The notes: a model not told the origin generated them from the sequence alone. A stretch of DNA of 64,000 nt from Eledone cirrhosa (GCA_964016885.1 OZ024741.1:97278001-97342000), one strand, 5' to 3'; numbered from the stretch's first letter, positions 43,901 to 58,596 are shown. Program-made: numbers and translations.

Positions 43901-46900
43901 TCAAAATGCGCGTGGCCTGGGCTCAACTTGGAATCAAGCAATGCTTCTAAATGACCTCAGGTCACAACGTATAGATGTGATGGTTATTTGCGAGGCCCGG
44001 ATCAGCAACGTGCGACAGCTGGCCCCCACCTTTGATGACTTTGAGATGCACGCATCTCTCTGTCAGCCCGAAGGTGGGGGTGGGGTTGTCGTTCTGCTGC
44101 AAAAACATCTGAGTCTCGCTACACAGACGGTACATTTGGACCCGGAGGGTCGACTAGTGGTTCTGGACCTTGGAAATGGTGAAGGCGGAGCGTTTAGGCT
44201 GGTAGCCGTCTACGGCCCTTTCGGGTCAACGCGGCCGGACTTCTTCCTTCATGTGGAGACTTTTCTAGGGACGTCCCGCTCCTTGCTATTAGTGGGGGAC
44301 TGGAATGGTATCCTAGATGCACGTTGGGACTACGTAGGGGCCTGTCCCGAAGGAGAGGGGTGTAACAGCCTCAAAGGCTTAATCGGTCGATTGACCTGGC
44401 CGATAGATATCGACTAGAATTTCCGACTGCGCCAACCTGGACTTGCGCAAACCCAGCGGATCATGTAGGTCGTACCTAGATAGGTCCTTAGTTAGAAATA
44501 AGGATAAGGACATTTTAAGTTGTCCAAAAATGCTCACGGTTGGCTATTCAGACCACAAGTTAGTGACCTGCATGGTCAACCTTGACAGAACGCATAGACA
44601 GGGACGCGGTTACTGGAAGCTCAACTTGTCCTTACCGGCAAGTAAGGCTTACAGGGGGGACCGGATTAACACCTTAGTTAAGGAACGGTTGACAGCATGT
44701 GGTGGGGATCTCTCAAAAGAGAGATTAGAGTAGGGAATTTAGTAAGAAGTTAGCCTCAATTAGAAATAGGAAGGAAAATGAGTTGGTAGATAGTGTAGAA
44801 GAGGCAATTAGAAGCGGCGACGTGGCCAGAGTGCTAGCGTCAAGAACGGCCCTGGGCCAGTTCTACGGCGCGAAACACGAAGGCTGCATCTTCCGAAGCA
44901 AAATATGTGGTCTGGGAAACGAGGGGACCAAAGCTGTTAGCTGGGCCCGCGTGACAGAAGCCAAAAGAGGGAGTAGATCCACTATCCGGTCTTTGCGAGA
45001 CCAGGATGGACGGGTGATCCTTGAACCTAAGCAGATGTGCGTGGCTTTTCAATAGCACTTTGCCAGATTGTTCTGAAGGGGCGGGGAACCGGTTGGGGAA
45101 GTGGACTTCGGCCCATAACTCGACGGCCTGCCGCGTCTCTCGGACAGGGAGGCGAAGTCCTGCGAGGAGCTGAGATAGAGGACATGCTGAGCCAATGCGG
45201 CAAACGCAAATCACCGGGTACCGATGGTCTTCCATACGAACTATATGCAACTGGCAACAGAACGGGAGAATTCCCTGTGCTGTGACCAAGGGTGTAGTCA
45301 CGCTAGTGAGGAAGGACGAGAAAAAAGGGGACGATATAAATAATTTCAGGCCCATAACTCTGCTAAATACAGAGTTACAGATTTTGGCCAAGGGGCTAGC
45401 AAAGATGTTGGCAAAGATGTTGTCGCGGGTAACCTGGTGGGAGATGGGCAGACATGTGCTATCCTGTCCAGGTCCATCCACGACAACCTCCACCTCATGC
45501 GATACATCATAGAGAGGGTTGGGAACGAACGCGGCTTTGGTGGGGCTCTGATCAACTTGGATCAATCTAAGGTGTTCGATAGGGTCGACCATGGTTACCT
45601 GGATGCGGTGCTAGCGGCGGCAGGCTTCGGACCCGTTTTCAGGGGCTGGATCACTGGTGTCGACGGCCTCGGAAATCGGGGCGATCGGCACCTTACTGGA
45701 GGAGTACGAAAGGTTTACAGGGGCTAAGCTGAACCGGGACAAGTAGATCGGCACGTGGAGGGGCAGATCGATGCCCTCCGATGGCGTCGTCCGGCGCTGG
45801 ACGGAGGGCTCAGTGAAGTTGCTCGGGCCAGACCTCCAGGTGGAGAAGAACTGGGGTGAGGTAACGAACAGGGTGTTTGCACTGATCCAGAAGTGGGCCG
45901 AGTGCAAACTGTCCCTGAAAGGTCGGGCGGAGGTGGCGAAAACTTATATAGCGTCCGTCATCTACTACCGCATGACCGTCGTGCCTTGCCCAAGGGAAAC
46001 GCTCGTCAAAATGGAGCGCGCACTCTTCCAATTCCTTTGGAAATAGCGGGCTCCTATGGTGATGAGATCCATCTGCTGTCAACACCCTTCGAAAGGAGGG
46101 CTGGGGATGCTCACGGCTTTCTGGCAGGCGGACCCGGCTGTCAGAGGAGAATCCACCTCGTCATTCTATAGAGGGCTGGTGGTTAGCAGGAGCGAAGCGA
46201 CGACGCCCTCGGAGAATCCCTAGGCATGGAGGAAGACGAACTGGCCAACCTGTTCGGTAGGACATTCAGCTCGGGACCCATGGATGAATTCCAGAGGTCC
46301 CTGGCCTGGCAGTGCTACCGAGGGGCTCTGCTCGTCTAGAAAGTCTCTACAGACACGGGCGCCCGAGTAGGGACCCCTCGAAAAAGATCTGTCCCAGATG
46401 CGTGCGCGACGAGGAAACCGTTGCACACGCATTGGTACACTTCTCGGGCATTGCCGATCTGTGGGTATATGTCGAACAACTGCTGTCAAGGGTGGGACCG
46501 CTCCGGTTGACCACCGAGTCTATTGTAACGATCAAGCCGCCTCACCTCTTCAAAAACGAAGAAGAGGCGGTGTTTCCGTGCGTAATAGCCATGGCGAAAG
46601 AGGTTGTATGGTGGACGCGTCGGAAAAGACTGAGGTCAGACACCTTTCTTTCTGGCCAACAACTGGTCCGTTTCTTCCGATATCATTTCGGAAGAAGGAT
46701 CAGGATGGAGAAAGAGGTGCTGCACCCCTGCTGTTTTTATAAAAGATGGGTGAAAGTGGCGAGAATGGCCCGTGTGAATGGGCCTTCCTTCTACACCAGA
46801 CTATAGGTGAGGAAGATGAAAGATCAAAGGAGCACCCCCTCTCTGTGCTCCTGAGGAAAATAGTTGCACACTTTTTGCGGGGGTGTGTGCGACCCCTCAA

Positions 46901-47073
46901 GGCGCCTCCTCCCTATTGAGGATTGTGTAATTAAATTTATTTTTGTTATATTTTATATTTTATTTTTTATATCTTGTTATTGCCTCCTCCTTAGTGAGGA
47001 CGCCTTTTTATGTAACTCACCCCATTGTACTTGTCCCACTTTTTGATGCCCTGGTGGCAAATAAAAAGAAAGT
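43901..47073 (+). mobile_element. Tx1/L1-group LINE ORF2 remnant (APE endonuclease, RT, zinc knuckle), frameshifted
   Basis: NARGL, VGDWN, SYLDR and SDH (APE); KSPGTDGLPYE, FRPITLLNTE.QILAK and LDQSKVFDRVDH (RT); CPRC..DEETVAH (zinc knuckle). AATAAA end. (TATC)n on both sides. Confidence 0.9.
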
Positions 47074-47086
47074 TATCTATCTATCC

Positions 47087-47348
<262 letters not shown>

Positions 47349-47350
47349 AC

Positions 47351-47428
<78 letters not shown>

Positions 47429-47567
47429 CAAAATATATGTTGAGTTAGAAACTCAAAGTAGTCCCTTACACATTTTTCTTAATTTATTCTTTTAATTGAG
47501 TCTAGCAAACCGTATTTTTCTTAGCGTATTATTCACCCTAGCGCGTCTTATCCCTTATGATGTGTAC

Positions 47568-47617
<50 letters not shown>

Positions 47618-48182
47618 GTCTTTATCTCTCTTTATTATATTGAATTATATTACACGGCCCGGAAAAATATTTTCCTTGAGCTATTTTATTTGTAAGGGAC
47701 TACTTTGATTTTCTAACTCAATATATACTTTTGAAAAATTCGGCTCCGTGTATTTGTAGAGCTTTTTTTAAATGTCGAGTAAATCTGGCTACTATTTTTA
47801 GTAGCATACGTTTTACGAGACACGCTAGGCACTGAATGTCATGTGCGTTATTCTAAACACGAGCCTCATATAGTCTTCTAAGAAACCTAGAAGTGAAAGG
47901 TTTACTAATTCGTACATCCACTCACGAGCAATAAAATATAGTAATTCCCTACACTTGACGCGAAACAGTTTTTCCAAAGACTGTCTGGATATGTATTTGA
48001 TAGTTATCACGATTCGGTTTGTGCTTTTCTTGATTTATTTTTTTAATTGAGTCTGGCAAACTGTATTGTAGTATCCTATTCACCCTAGCGAATCTGGTCC
48101 TTATGGTTTGAACACATATATGTACATATATGTATTTATCTATCTTTATTATATTGAATTATATATATATATATGTATATAT

Positions 48183-49993
48183 ATATTGTTATACTTTGGG
48201 AGGGTCATGTTGCCAATAAGAAACATACGTACCAGTTGTTTTCACTTCAATTTATTATAATAAATTTATAAATTTAGGAATTTATAAATTTATAAATTTC
48301 TGGTTGGTTGGTTGGTTCCACACCCAGATAGTTGTTTATATATTGTCAAAGTTCTTTCGTCACACATTATGTGACCTCATCAGTGACTGGTGATTCTTTT
48401 CTTTGTTTTTGTGCCTCTCCTTTGTTCTGTCCTACGCCATTTTGTTTCTGTGTGTGTGTTGTGTGCTCATTCTGCGCATGCGCCACATCCGGGTGTCTGT
48501 GTGTGTTTATATTTGTTTATTTATTTGTTTATTTACATGTTACCGGTTGGTTGTTTGTTCTATGTGTGTGTGTGTGTTTTCATTTTGTCTTTAATTGTAA
48601 GTTGTGATGTTGCTGTTCCACTCATATTTTCTATTTAATTTTGGTTGTAATTCTTTTATGTTTATTGCCTCTGTGATTTGTCTAAACATTGCGTCTTTTC
48701 TGTGTGTAGATTCTATTTTTATTTCTATGTTCTCTAATTTATCCTTATGTTCTATTTTAGCATGTTGGTAGAGTACAGATGATTCTTTACTATCTTGAAG
48801 GTTTCGCCAGTGTTCATTTATCCGTTCCCCTACACTACGGGCTGTCTCACCTATGTACACTATATTTTTGTCTCTACATTGTCCTTCAGTACATCTTATG
48901 CTATACACTACATTTCTAGTTTTACAGTTAATATGGGGGCTTATTTTACAGGTTATACATTTCTTATCTATACAGGGGGGTCTTTGAAAGGGGTATGTCT
49001 AGCTAATAAGTGTTTTTACGGAGGTACCTGGTCTTTCTACAATCTTAATATTTCTACTATCTCAATATTAAGATAGTAGAAAGACCAGGTACCTCCGTAA
49101 AAACACTTATTAGCAACACATACCCTTTTCAAAGAGCCCCCTGTATAGATAAGAAATGTATAACCTGTAAAATAAGCCCCCATATTAACTGTAAAACTAG
49201 AAATGTAGTGTATAGCATAAGATGTACTGAAGGACAATGTAGAGACAAAAATATCGTGTACATAGGTGAGACAGCCCGTAGTGTAGGGGAACGGATAAAT
49301 GAACACTGGCGAGACCTTCAAGATAGTAAAAAATCATCTGTACTCTACCAACATGCTAAAATAGAACATAAGGGTAAATTAGAGAACATAGAAATAAAAA
49401 TAGAATCTACACACAGAAAAGACGCAATGTTTAGACAAATCACAGAGGCAATAAACATAAAAGAATTACAACCAAAATTAAATAGAAAATATGAGTGGAA
49501 CAGCAACATCACAACTTACAATTAAGGACAAAATGAAAACAGACACGCACATAGAACAAACAACCAACCGGTAACATGTAAATAAACAAATAAATAAACA
49601 AATATAAACACACACAGACACCCGGATGTGGCGCATGCGCAGAGTGAGCAGACAAAACACACACAGAAACAAAATGGCGTAGGACAGAACAAAGGAGAGG
49701 CACAAAAACAAAGAAAAGAATCACCAGTCACTGATGAGGTCACATAATGTGTGACGAAAGAACTTTGACAATATATAAACAACTATCTGGGTGTGGAACC
49801 AACCAACCAACCAACCAGAAATTTATAAATTTATAAATTCCTAAATTTATAAATTTATTATAATAAATTGAAGTGAAAACAACTGGTGCGTGTGTTTCTT
49901 ATTGGCAACATTACCCTCCCAAAGTATAACAATATCGGTTTCAACACACGATTTCAGATAAAGAATCTTGCTAAACAAATTCAGAAACGAAAT
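48183..49993. mobile_element. Fold-back of two Neptune-like PLE 3' ends (GIY-YIG plus pLTR), tail on the right arm only
   Basis: ORFs 48591..48908 (-) and 49208..49525 (+) are near-identical to the C-terminus of 18779..19921. Arms are about 870 bp. Hammerheads at 48344-48389 (-) and 49725-49770 (+). Confidence 0.93.
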
Positions 49994-50056
49994 ATATATA
50001 TATATATATAGATATATATATATATGTTTAGCTACATAATTTTGCAAGTTCTACAG

Positions 50057-50097
<41 letters not shown>

Positions 50098-50104
<7 letters not shown>

Positions 50105-50787
50105 GTGAGGTTTTTTTTACAAAATGAAAAATAACCGAGGTGTCCTACACGAGTGGAAGTATAAAGAAAAAGGGATGAAATCGAAAATGCAACTGAAGTC
50201 TTATTTTTTTTTTTTAAATATATATATTTATTTGGTTCCTTTACCGGTTTCGCAGTTCTTCTGCTTTTCAAAAGGTGAGTTGAGATGGAGGGTCTGTGGT
50301 TTTTCTCACATCTGGTTGGTCTCTAAATGTTACTTGTTTTATATGGAAAAAGTGGCTCGAAAACCAGGTTTTTCGAGAAGTAATTTGATTGGTTTGTCAA
50401 TAATTATAATAAATTTCGCGCCAGTTCGCGTTACAATAGTTCTTCAAATAAGAGAGGGCGGGGGTTGTCACAGGTTGTTTTTTCATATATGAGTGTTTGA
50501 ATTTCTTTTTACTTGAAAAAATGAGGCTCACGAAGGCTTTTTTTTGGTTGGTTATAAATGAAATTTGGCTGTCACGTGAACAAGTTTTCATTACATTTTT
50601 GCGCCCTTATTTGGAAAACTATTCTGTAGTCTTTATAGTGAATGTTATGACAATGGAGAGATAGTGGTCAAGGGAAAAGGGATTGGGAGAAATGTTCTGG
50701 TTCAGTGAATATGGCCAGCTGTCAGAGTTCAGGTGTCAGAGTTCAGATTTTCTATTGAGACTGAAGATATGTGTTTATTTGTGTGCT

Positions 50788-50820
<33 letters not shown>

Positions 50821-52025
50821 ATGTGTGTATTGGAAGATGATTCTATTAGTAGAGATGGGGGAGGGAGTTGTGTGTGTGTGTATATGGGTGTTATGTGTGT
50901 GTGTGCGAGTATGTTAGATAGAGAGAATATATATTTTTTGTGTGTGTGTATATATATATGTGTGTAGGAAAGTGGTTCTATTAGTAGAAATGGGGAGGGT
51001 GTTGTAGGTGTGGGGGTTTTTATGTGTGTGTATGGGTGTTATGTGTGTGGGAGTATGGTTAGCATGTTAAGATGAAGAGAATATATATATATATATATAT
51101 ATATATTGTGTGTGTGTATGTGTGTGTGTAGGAAAATGATTCCTTTAGTAGGAATATTTTTGAATGAACATATTTTCCTGACTTTTTCGTGTTTGCTGTT
51201 GTATTGCCAGTGCAAACGTATGTTTAAGGTTTATTTAGTTCGGGTTTTTATTTTCTAAAGTAGGTGTTATGTGTGTGTGTGTATGTCATATTGTGGTGTT
51301 GACATAATGTATATTAAACCTTATTTAATGTTGGTCTATATTTTTGAATAAACATATTTTCCTTATTTATTCGCATTTGTTCTGTTGTATTGTTAGCGCA
51401 AAGGTAAAATGGGAAGACTTGGAATTTGGGTGTCTTATTACTTGCGCAAATGTCTAGATGTGCACTTAGCTGGCCATATTCACTGAACCAGAACATTTCT
51501 CCCAATCCCTTTTCCCTTGACCACTATCTCTCCATTGTCATAACATTCACTATAAAGACTACAGAATAGTTTTCCAAATAAGGGCGCAAAAATGTAATGA
51601 AAACTTGTTCACGTGACAGCCAAATTTCATTTATAACCAACCAAAAAAAAGTCTTCGTGAGCCTCATTTTTTCAAGTAAAAAGAAATTCAAACACTCATA
51701 TATGAAAAAACAACCTGTGACCCCCCCCCCCCCCCCTCTCTCTTATTTGAAGAACTATTGTAACGCGAACTGGCGCGAAATTTATTATAATTATTGACAA
51801 ACCAATCAAATTACTTCTCGAAAAACCTGGTTTTCGAGCCACTTTTTCCATATAAAACAAGTAACATTTAGAGACCAACCAGATGTGAGAAAAACCACAG
51901 ACCCTCCATCTCAACTGACCTTTTGAAAAGCAGAAGAACTGCGAAACCGGTAAAGGAACCAAATAAATATATATATTTAAAAAAAAAATAAGACTTCAGT
52001 TGCATTTTCGATTTCATCCCTTTTT

Positions 52026-52030
<5 letters not shown>
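50098..52030 (-). mobile_element. 5'-truncated PLE 3' end with long inverted pLTR arm
   Basis: 50160-50720 is inverted to 51468-52030. The spacer encodes SAHLDIC...FPFY...R..KE..FIQKYRPTLN* (GIY-YIG C-terminus) plus a CA-rich UTR. U3-A8 hammerheads at 50238-50276 and 51919-51956. Confidence 0.88.
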
Positions 52031-52059
<29 letters not shown>

Positions 52060-52895
52060 CTGTAGAACTTGCAAAAGTATGTAGCTAAACATATATGGTG
52101 ATGCTATTAACATATGTGTAAGTAATTATACATACAATTGAATGAAACTAAAACGTTCGAAGTGTATACGACATACATATATTAAATATAAATGTACGCA
52201 GATTATATTGCTAAATGCTGAAGTAGAAATCTGAAGTATGTCCTTAATATTTACTCCATAAATTACTTCCAAACACAGATGGAATGGTGATTTTATGTTA
52301 TGTTTATGAAATCCTATACAGGCTTCAACATTGAAAGTACTTAGATTTCGCTTATGGCATAATTGTAATTTAGACTCACAAATTTATCATGATTACACTT
52401 CTGGTATCTCTTGGCTCGGTACTTATCATTATAAGTATCATAATTTTCCCTATACTTATAGTTATCATTTTTAATATTGTTGTTTTTAGAATCGTTTTAC
52501 TTAACACATAGAGCATACCTTATGGGGAATATGTCTTTTAAAATTGATTGTCTTTTGATTACCGGGGTGAGACTTGAGTACTTCACTCATCCTTTATCCG
52601 GTTAGAAATAAAAGCTAGTAACAAAAAATTCTCAAACAATTAGAGTCGGTTCTTTAAACGTCTGCTAAAAAAACATAATAGAGAAATCAACTATCAATCA
52701 TTTAAACGTCATTTAGCCACTTCGCTCTCATATACAAACTCATTTGTAATCAGTTACTTTGGTTTCCATATCTACGTGTACGCACATATACTCACATATA
52801 TGTGCACGAGAAAGCACACACTTAGATTTACATGAATATGAACTTCTATCTATGATTTCTTTGTGTCCCGCTCACGATATATATATATATATATA

Positions 52896-53109
52896 TAGAA
52901 GTAGTTCCGCAGCAGTTAGTTCACCATACCGAGAAGAAATGTTTCACCTTATGCGGAGCTTCAGCTCGGTCTAACCGACTTGAGGGAAAAGGTGAAACAT
53001 TTGTTCTCGGTATAGTGGACTAACTGTTGTAGGACTACTTCTATCAAACTCGTCCCATGGACTGAGTGCTCTTCTACTACGGATATAATCATCCGGTATG
53101 CTACTATCA
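52896..53109 (+). mobile_element. Mini fold-back derivative of the Naiad-like pLTR, in (TA)n
   Basis: Right part matches 14341-14440 (GGTGAAACA...CGTCCCATGGACTGAGTGCTCT); the left part is its inverse. Confidence 0.85.
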
Positions 53110-53218
53110 TATATATATATATATATATATGTGTGAGTGTGTGTGTGTGAGGGGGAGGGAATGTGTATGTGTGTGTCTGTGTGTCTGTGTGTATGTATGT
53201 GTGTGTGTGTGAGTGTGT

Positions 53219-53251
<33 letters not shown>

Positions 53252-53724
53252 CATACATATACTTATATATGAACAACCTATGTGGAGGCGTAGAGGTGTG
53301 TTTTCTTGTGTCTGTCTGTGGGTTTCATAATTCCTGACACCCACTCACACATAGGAACATTGTGTAAGTATTACCTATTGGTGTCCAACACACTGACAGA
53401 ACTTTACAACTACTGAAACCATTAACAATTTTAAAATAATAAGAAGCTGTGCATATTTTTAATTTTTTTTTATTTCTTGTCATATATTCTACGCTTTTTA
53501 GCCAGAAGAACGTTCTTCTGACTTTCTCGATGCAATGACAAAACATACAATATTTCGTCGAATAATATATTTCATAATTTCTATTTGAATTTTCCCCGTG
53601 ATTTTACCTACTGCATCTAAACATATATTTCATCACATACTCTCTATTACTTTATCTATCTAGGAATTTTTTTTTGATACAACCACCACCGCCACATATC
53701 TATCTATATATTTATGTATATACA

Positions 53725-53789
<65 letters not shown>

Positions 53790-53790
53790 G

Positions 53791-53845
<55 letters not shown>

Positions 53846-53982
53846 AGTGTAATTTTCTACACAAAACGAAGGCTATAGAGAAAATTGAGGTTGGTAATGG
53901 CACATGGAATATATAAGAGACAGAATACTTTTTTGTGAAAAAACATAATTTTATAAGGTAAGGAAATAATAAAGGGTATAAA

Positions 53983-54028
53983 AAATGACCGGTTTCGATG
54001 GGTCTGCAAAAGCCATCTTTTCAAATGT
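53983..54028 (-). ncRNA. Hammerhead-like motif with U3-A8 core, second family
   Basis: Minus strand: acat TTGAAAA gatgg-(11 nt)-ccatc GAAAC CG GTC attt. Stem I is weak. Confidence 0.6.
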
Positions 54029-54395
54029 TGATTAATATTAGGAAAAATTAATAATACGAAGAGTTAAAATTTGAGATTTGAAAATTCAAGTATAAAATTC
54101 ATTGCGGGATTTCATAGTAGTTTTCATCTTGGTAGCAACATGTTGACTGCTGTGTGCCTTTCTGGTAGTGAATGAGAAGTTATTTGGGAGTGTGGGTTAT
54201 TTTATAAAGGTCAGATTTAGCAATGGCCAGCTGGCCAGCTGCTGGTCAGTGAGGGGGTAGAAGCAATATACATACATATATCTTCCTGTGGTTGGTAGGA
54301 GAGGGGAGCGTGATATAAAGGGATTTAGTGCACTTACACCTATATATACACACATACCTTCATCCACACATACATACATATACATATACACATAC

Positions 54396-54444
<49 letters not shown>

Positions 54445-55089
54445 CACACATACATACACACACACATACATATACATACACACATACACACACATATATA
54501 CACATACACATACATCCAGATACACACATACATACACACACACACACGCACACATATATACACATACACACACATATATATACACACACACACACATATA
54601 TATATATACACATACGCATACATCCAGATACACACATACATACACACACACACACACGCACACACAATACATACATCCACATGCACACACATACACACAC
54701 ACACACATATACACATACATACACCCACACACAGAGAAATGGCCTCCAAACATATATATATATATACATACATACACATATATTTGTTCCATAATATAAG
54801 AAGTTAGGACAGTGAAATTAAAATACAAGTCATTCTGATCACATTGAGTTCTTCATGTAGATTGGGCCCCGCAACCGACAGTGGTGAATTCTGTGTGCGC
54901 ATATATATATATAGATATATGTGTGTGCACGTGCAGGGTTTAACATGGATGTGTTGGTCACACAAAGGCATGGTCTGTCAACGAATAAACCTGATTCTAC
55001 AGAATTGGTCTCTGGTCTTTAATAGTAATGATAATTATATACATGCACACATACAAACACATATATCTCTGTCACTCCGTGCGTATGTG

Positions 55090-57913
55090 TGTTTATATTT
55101 TATGACAATTCTATTGGGGTGATAACCCGTAAATGTTTTGACCATGTCTATCTTAATAGCACCACCAGGCGAAGTCTTTCAATTCAGGATTTGGGCACCA
55201 TGGCCCATTCGAGAAGAGAATTACTGTTTGCAGAGATATATCCGCATTTGGGTGGTTTGTCAGGGATAACTTGGAGGAATTTGTCCAAAGACTTCTTGAA
55301 TTTTGTGTGGTCAGTTTCTCTTTTGACGTGACCTGGTGTGATGTTGAAGAGAGCAGCGCCAATTGAGGTGAAATAATTGTGCCTATTGTTGTTATGAGTT
55401 GCGATTTAGATTTTTCTTTGGGACGGATAGCACGAATACAAGCCTTGGCTGTATTTTGAAGGCGATGCCAACATCATTTGGGCAGTGCTGATGAAACATT
55501 TTCCACATCATGCAGATAATATAACGCTCACGGCGACGTTGGAGTGAGTAAAGTTTCAGCTTTTCTAGTCGACCCCAGTAGTCAAGGTCTGACATGCCAT
55601 CTATCTTTTTCGTGATTGCCCTTTGGGGAGCTTCAAGTTTCATGATACTTTGTTTCGTGTGGGGAGACCACAGTGGACAACAGTATTCAAGGTGTGGTCG
55701 GGCAAAAGTGGAGAAGAGAAGGATAATGGTGTGGGAATCTCTCGACTGGAAGGTTCTGAAGATCCAGGAACACATTCTGTGGGCCATGTCAACTTTGCTG
55801 CTTATATGCGTGGCCCAGCTTATGTTGCTGTCCACGGTTACTCCCAAGTCTCGTGATGTTGTTAGAGGCCACGAGAGTTTCACCGGAGGGAAGGGAGTAC
55901 GGGAGTTTCAGATCATCCTCTTTTCCAAAGTGGATCAGTTCGAATCTGTCTTCGTTCAGTAACATGTTGTTCTTTTCCGCCCATTGGGTAACAGCTAGTA
56001 GGTCTGACTGAAGGCTTATCCGGTCATCCACGCCATTGATGACCTTTTGGAGCTTAGAATCATCAGCGAAAATTCTAATGTTGCTGTGTTTGATGATGTC
56101 AGTGATGTCATTAATATAGATGATGAAGAGACCCCACTACAGACTTTGGCTGGGCTGGATTTGACTCCTTCGACTACAACATGTTGGGTTCTGTTTGACA
56201 GGAAGCTCTTGATCCACTGCAGCAGCTTTCCAGTGACACCAATATTGGACAGCTTTCTCAGTAGAATGTTGTGATCAACCCTGTCAAAGGCCTTGCTGAA
56301 ATCAAGGTAGATAACATCAGTGTTGGAACCCTCTCCCAAGGCTCTCAAAATGTCATCAAAGTGATGCTGTAGCTGCGTCAGGCAATCCCTTCCATTACCG
56401 AATCCATGCTGGTTGGAGTTTAGCATATTGTTACTCTCAAGGTAGTGAGTTATTCGCGATCTCACCACTCTCTCAAATACCTTAATGATATGAGAGGTGA
56501 GTGAGATTGGACGGTAATTCACGGCAAGGGATTTGTTTCCTTTTTTGAAAACTGGGACAACAGACTGGGATAGAAGGTTTTCTGGCACATATCCAGCATC
56601 CAGTGAGTTCCGCCACAGATTGGCAAGAGGAGATGCAAGTTGGTGTTGACACGCCTTCAAGACACAAGCAGGTAACCTATCGGGACCTACTGCTGAATTA
56701 TGCTTGATTTCCTTTATTGCCGCTAAGACATCAAGGGCGCCAAACGTTATGTCCTATAAGGTGTAATGGGGAGTAACATCGCTGATACAGCCCAGACCGG
56801 CCATATCAGGATTGCTGAAAACAGAGCAGTATTGTTTCTGCAGTATCTCACCCATGGTTTTAGCATTGTCTTGAAGAGTGCCATTTTCATCAATTAGAGG
56901 GCCAACAGTAGAGCCAGTGATTTTGTGTTTTTTTTGCAAATGAAAAGAACACTTTGGGATTGAGTTTGATCTTATCAATGGCCCAGGCCTCTTCAGTTCT
57001 TCTCTGATTGTTGATGATAGACATCATATTGTTTTGGAGGTTATGTTTTTTAATCTCTAGTGATGAAATGGCAGTCAAGTTGATGTGTTGCTGCTGACAG
57101 TATTTCAATTTGTTGATTTTTTTGTTAGTTCTCTTAATTTTCCTGATGAGCGTTTTTCTATTTCTAGGGATTCTGCTCTTAGATTTGTTTATACTTCTTA
57201 ATGGAGTGTTTTGCAGATATGTTTGTAATAGTGTCCACAAATGTCTGCCAGGACTGTTTGATGTTAGTGGGTGTGTGAGTGTGCGTGAAGGACCAGTCGA
57301 CATGTGCAAGATCATGACTGATCGCTTCCCAGTTTGCATTGTGGAAATTCATAGGATCAAACGGATGGACAGGAGAGATCACATTGGGTTTGTATATTGG
57401 ACGGTGAAATCTCAGATCACAGAGAACCATGTCATGATCAGAGAGTAGAGTTTTCTCCACTGCAATTTTGTGGATAGTGTCAGTGTGATTGCTGAAAATT
57501 AAGTCTAGGACGTTTTTGTGGCACCTCGTTGGTTCGAGCACCAGTTGGGACAGGAAGAAATCATCCATGAAGTCAAGAAGCGATTCCACTGCTTCCCTGT
57601 CAGAGGTTGAAGCAGAAGAACCTGGTGGCAGGCTGTTTGTGGACCAGTCAACTCCGGGGAGGTTGAAGTCCCCCATCATTTAGATGTTGTCAGGGTGACA
57701 CTCTTGGATGAAACACTTTATGCTGTTGAGGCATTCCTTGAAGCATGGTAGAGGCGTTTGGTGTGGCCTATAGAGCCCAACTACTATTAGGTTGTTGGTT
57801 TGACTAAATACAGTGACTGCTTCGCAGTATCCATTAGAAAATATATTCATAGCCTCTGTTGAGAAAGAATTATGAACATAAATGGCAGTCCCACCCTTTC
57901 TTCTGCCAGCGCG

Positions 57914-57917
<4 letters not shown>
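55090..57917 (-). mobile_element. CR1/L2-group LINE ORF2 remnant (APE plus RT), 5'-truncated at (TA)n
   Basis: GG.AIYV, LYRP, MGDFN, LDL.FSN, SDH; NYRPISLTS, QHGF, IYLDFSKAFDRVDH, RDLGVTVD, RPHLEYC, L.SLQRRRER. The PQG motif is deleted. Confidence 0.9.
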
Positions 57918-58007
<90 letters not shown>

Positions 58008-58057
58008 CACAAATAGATGGAAAGAAGGAGGTATACGTGTTTCTCGATTTTTTTTTA

Positions 58058-58133
<76 letters not shown>

Positions 58134-58563
58134 GTGTGTGTGTGTAGGTATTTATGTATCTAACTATGTATGCATTTATATGTGTAATCCTGTATTTCGT
58201 ATTTTGACGCATAGCACGCTGAGCTATGATATATTTGCCTTAAAGTCTTTTACCCTTACCAAATCTGGTTTACTAAAAGTTAATAGAATTTTTTGCTTCT
58301 TTTTTTAATGTCCCGGCCCTCTGGCGTTTTATCATTTCATAACACGCTTTATAATTTTCTACTACCCATTACATTTTACTATCAGCTAAATGTGATTTTT
58401 ACACGCTATCATCCCTTAGATTTAACCAAGCTACTAAATGGAAATACCAAATTCCTTTCAATCTGCCTCCCTACTTACCTATGTAAATAACCTACGCGTG
58501 CACTCACACCCACCCACCGCATGTGTATAAATATGCCTGTATATATATATATATATATGTATA

Positions 58564-58596
<33 letters not shown>

